Source: an uncultured archaeon (GTDB lineage: Archaea; Asgardarchaeota; Thorarchaeia; Thorarchaeales; Thorarchaeaceae). From it: 51,302 bases of DNA. Below, piece after piece: positions 48,906-51,302 of the stretch (position 1 is its first letter; each line of letters opens with the position of its first letter). Below the pieces are notes generated by a model, which saw only the letters and a list, made by a program, of their open reading frames with translations, did no database searches and had not been told where the DNA came from. The stretch spans positions 1 through 51,302 of the forward strand of contig CAYWJO010000022.1 in assembly GCA_964458565.1 (NCBI GenBank), read 5' to 3'. A program made the position numbers and the translations under genes.

Positions 48906-50828
48906 GTGTATTCTAATATGACTGATAGGAGGTCCAAAATTAGCCAGCGTCTAAAAAGAACTGGGGACTTGCTATTAGGTGGTGCACAGAAACAAGTAAC
49001 AAGCTACAAAGCTAGGTTCGATAATCTGGTTGGAGTTTATGATAAGTTTCTGAGTAAGATTATGCTATCGTACTCTGATACCAAAGTCGATGTTGATTTT
49101 GTCAAATCCTTCTTTGGTAAAACTAGTCTCAGATTTGCAGGAATAGATGGCACCATTTACAAGAATGAGGTGTTTGATCTGCTTGTTTTTTTTGCTGGTG
49201 CGTATTCAGCCTCAGGTGAGATTCGAGTCAATCCCAATTCGGAATTAGAAGTATTATATGAAGAAGATTATCTTGAACGCGGAATTGGCATATCGAGTGT
49301 TCTCCCTATTTACATCAATGAGGTTCCTAAGGTTGACCAGACACTTCTTGTTCGAGATGAAACAGGTGCAATTGATGACACAATTACATTCAGTGATTCA
49401 TGGATTATCGACAATTCAGCATTTGCAGATTATATGATGGGACTCGCAGAATTTTATCTTGGTTACATGTTATCATCAAAGAATCAGGTCGACATCTTGC
49501 TTCTAGACAGGATTTGCTCATCTGAGGTGGCATCATCATACGCTGAAACTTCAGATTTTAGAATTGATTTAAAGAAAGAATGTGGACTTATTGGATACCT
49601 TATTGATGGAACTCCCTTCAATGAAACAGAGTGGGTTTATGCACGTAAATTACTTGGTAATTTAGAGTTAGGTACTCCTCCATCTAGGGGGGAATTTATC
49701 ATTGCACGAGTCATCTTTGAAATTCTAGCAGCTGGACCAAATGGATTAACTCGTGATGAATTGATTGACAAGCTTGGTCTAGATAGTGACACTCGAAAAC
49801 ATGCGCTGGATAAGGAGTTGGAGAAGGGAATTCGATCAGTAAAAGGAATTCCGGGGATTCTTCAAAGAAAGGGAGTACAGTTCGTTGTTAAACCAGAATT
49901 TCAGAAATTGAGGTCTCGAATCGAAAAGCTTGTAGTAGATGTATGTGATAAAATGTTTTCAGAAGACTCATCTATTTCTTTTGAACAAAGATTCAAAGTT
50001 AATGATAGATGGATTACTACAAATGACTTAGCATTTCTTAGTCTTTGTTCACTCTATCTCATGGTTGATGCTTGTTGGGCGAATAGAACATTGCTTATTG
50101 GAGTTGCTAAAGATACTGCAGCTAGAGATATGAAAAGACAATTACTTCCTGTCCTCAATCACATTGGCACCTTCAAAGGAGGTTTTGAAAGTGAAGGACA
50201 AGATGCACCGGATACTGATCGAATGATACTCCAATGGGTATCTCTGCAAGAGAGAGAGAAACTCAAGGTACCATGGGCGACAGCTGAATATGATACTGCC
50301 TTCAAAACCACCGTACCGCATTTTAAAAGAAAGAAAGACCTAGTATCTGGAGCAAGAAGAAATCAGATTTCACTTGAGAAGACCTTTGTGAAGTCCTATT
50401 TCCAATTATGTGAAGCATCATCGGAACCGAAACTAAGAAGCAGTGTTTTGCTTTATGATCGATTGGTATATCCCGGATTTGATGATGACCAGGTGATTAC
50501 TCTGAATCACGATTATTATGACTCGCCTGAAAATCCAGAACCGATTGAGGTAATTTATTGGCAACAAATTCAGAATCCGATTCAAGGATTCATCATTAGG
50601 CTGTTTGAAAAGATGACTAGTAAGAGTATTCCAGAACTCTTTGGTCATGTCAAACCGCTGTACATTGCTGATAAAGTGGCGAAATACCACAATGAGCATT
50701 TTAGAACTATGGTTGATAGCGCAGGAATGTGGCTAACTAATAGACCAGAGTTAAGAGAAATAATCTACTATCTGAGTACATTCAGGCAAAGGAGGGCTTC
50801 CTATGAGCAATCAAGAAGGAATTCATAA
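48906..50828 (+). CDS. NurA-like nuclease with inserted winged-helix region
   Basis: FAGIDGT, ILLLDR, IGVAKD, GHVKPLYIADKVAK; overlaps the following HerA-like gene. Confidence 0.7.
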   Translation: MYSNMTDRRSKISQRLKRTGDLLLGGAQKQVTSYKARFDNLVGVYDKFLSKIMLSYSDTKVDVDFVKSFFGKTSLRFAGIDGTIYKNEVFDLLVFFAGAYSASGEIRVNPNSELEVLYEEDYLERGIGISSVLPIYINEVPKVDQTLLVRDETGAIDDTITFSDSWIIDNSAFADYMMGLAEFYLGYMLSSKNQVDILLLDRICSSEVASSYAETSDFRIDLKKECGLIGYLIDGTPFNETEWVYARKLLGNLELGTPPSRGEFIIARVIFEILAAGPNGLTRDELIDKLGLDSDTRKHALDKELEKGIRSVKGIPGILQRKGVQFVVKPEFQKLRSRIEKLVVDVCDKMFSEDSSISFEQRFKVNDRWITTNDLAFLSLCSLYLMVDACWANRTLLIGVAKDTAARDMKRQLLPVLNHIGTFKGGFESEGQDAPDTDRMILQWVSLQEREKLKVPWATAEYDTAFKTTVPHFKRKKDLVSGARRNQISLEKTFVKSYFQLCEASSEPKLRSSVLLYDRLVYPGFDDDQVITLNHDYYDSPENPEPIEVIYWQQIQNPIQGFIIRLFEKMTSKSIPELFGHVKPLYIADKVAKYHNEHFRTMVDSAGMWLTNRPELREIIYYLSTFRQRRASYEQSRRNS

Positions 50829-51302
50829 GAAACTATTCACAGATTTTGAAGGAACATTTGACGGAAGACTTGCGCGAGTCATCCCAATCTCAGCAAATTA
50901 TACATCTGAATGGGCTGGTACTGCAGCAAGATATGACTGTAGGATAAAAGTCAGGTACAACAAGGAGTTAATGGCTCAATTAGAAGAAGGTATGATGTTA
51001 GCGGTCAGAAACTTCAAAGGCCAATCAAAGAAAGCTCAAGATCAAGGATTGCAGCGATATACTATTCTTGTAATCTCAAAGATTTGGCCATTACACTATG
51101 GATTGGGGGGCGTGAGTGATAGTCATTATTATCCTCTGCAAATGGAAATCATAGAACAAGCAGTTCCTGACTGGGATACAGATGATCAATCCACAATGAT
51201 GGTTCATATGAATGCTGTTCCAATCAATTATGACCTCATTGTCAAACCAGATGGTGCAATTGAATTCTCAAAAGGTTTCTCGTATCCGTTAATTGGTGAC
51301 AA
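50803..51302 (+). CDS. 5' part of HerA-like ATPase (N-terminal HAS-barrel), runs off window
   Basis: ATG 50803 after GGAGG; open frame MSNQEGIHKK...EEGMMLAVRNF...YTILVI...FSYPLIGD; context with NurA. Confidence 0.6.
   Translation, partial: MSNQEGIHKKLFTDFEGTFDGRLARVIPISANYTSEWAGTAARYDCRIKVRYNKELMAQLEEGMMLAVRNFKGQSKKAQDQGLQRYTILVISKIWPLHYGLGGVSDSHYYPLQMEIIEQAVPDWDTDDQSTMMVHMNAVPINYDLIVKPDGAIEFSKGFSYPLIGD

Noticed and set aside
1139-50699. Numerous 60-273 aa ORFs antisense to or nested in long genes (e.g. 12608-13429 +)
   Set aside because: Shadow frames of well-supported genes with no motifs
1-51302. tRNA (including tRNA-Sec), rRNA, CRISPR array, IS/transposase, integrase
   Set aside because: No cloverleaf, regularly spaced repeats, terminal inverted repeats or recombinase motifs seen by eye

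Overview
Archaeal chromosomal window, most likely Asgard (Thorarchaeia-like). This is inferred from gene style, the eukaryote-type SECIS, and gelsolin-like and RING/PHD-like ORFs. The first 16 kb (minus strand) holds two tandem heterodisulfide-reductase operons: hdrC-hdrB-hdrA-mvhD, and hdrA'-hdrC-hdrB-hdrA''-mvhD-wHTH-vhuG-vhuA-vhuU. Both long HdrA proteins carry an inserted GltD/NfnB-like NAD(P)H module. The main hidden feature, missed by the ORF track, is a 50-codon selenoprotein gene vhuU (7120-6968, in-frame UGA at 7054-7052). It supplies the C-terminal Ni-binding motif missing from the hydrogenase large subunit. Its mRNA carries two back-to-back structures: a long hairpin starting right at the Sec UGA, and a eukaryote-like AUGA/AA/GA SECIS whose core AUGA contains the gene's own UGA stop codon. 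The rest of the window contains HdeD-like membrane proteins, a W/Mo aldehyde:ferredoxin oxidoreductase, membrane-anchored secreted hydrolases, two damaged LLM oxidoreductases, a frameshifted degenerate His kinase, oligopeptidase B, an Eis-like GNAT and a membrane-anchored SF2 helicase. It also contains PRC-barrel, gelsolin-like and C4HC3 zinc-finger proteins, a rifampin-phosphotransferase-like kinase/phosphatase operon, a 1200-aa surface protein with a structured leader, an MBL hydrolase, a degenerate glycogen debranching enzyme, an MFS transporter and a NurA-HerA-like pair running off the end. No rRNA, tRNA, CRISPR or mobile element was seen. All family calls are motif-based by eye; no database was searched.
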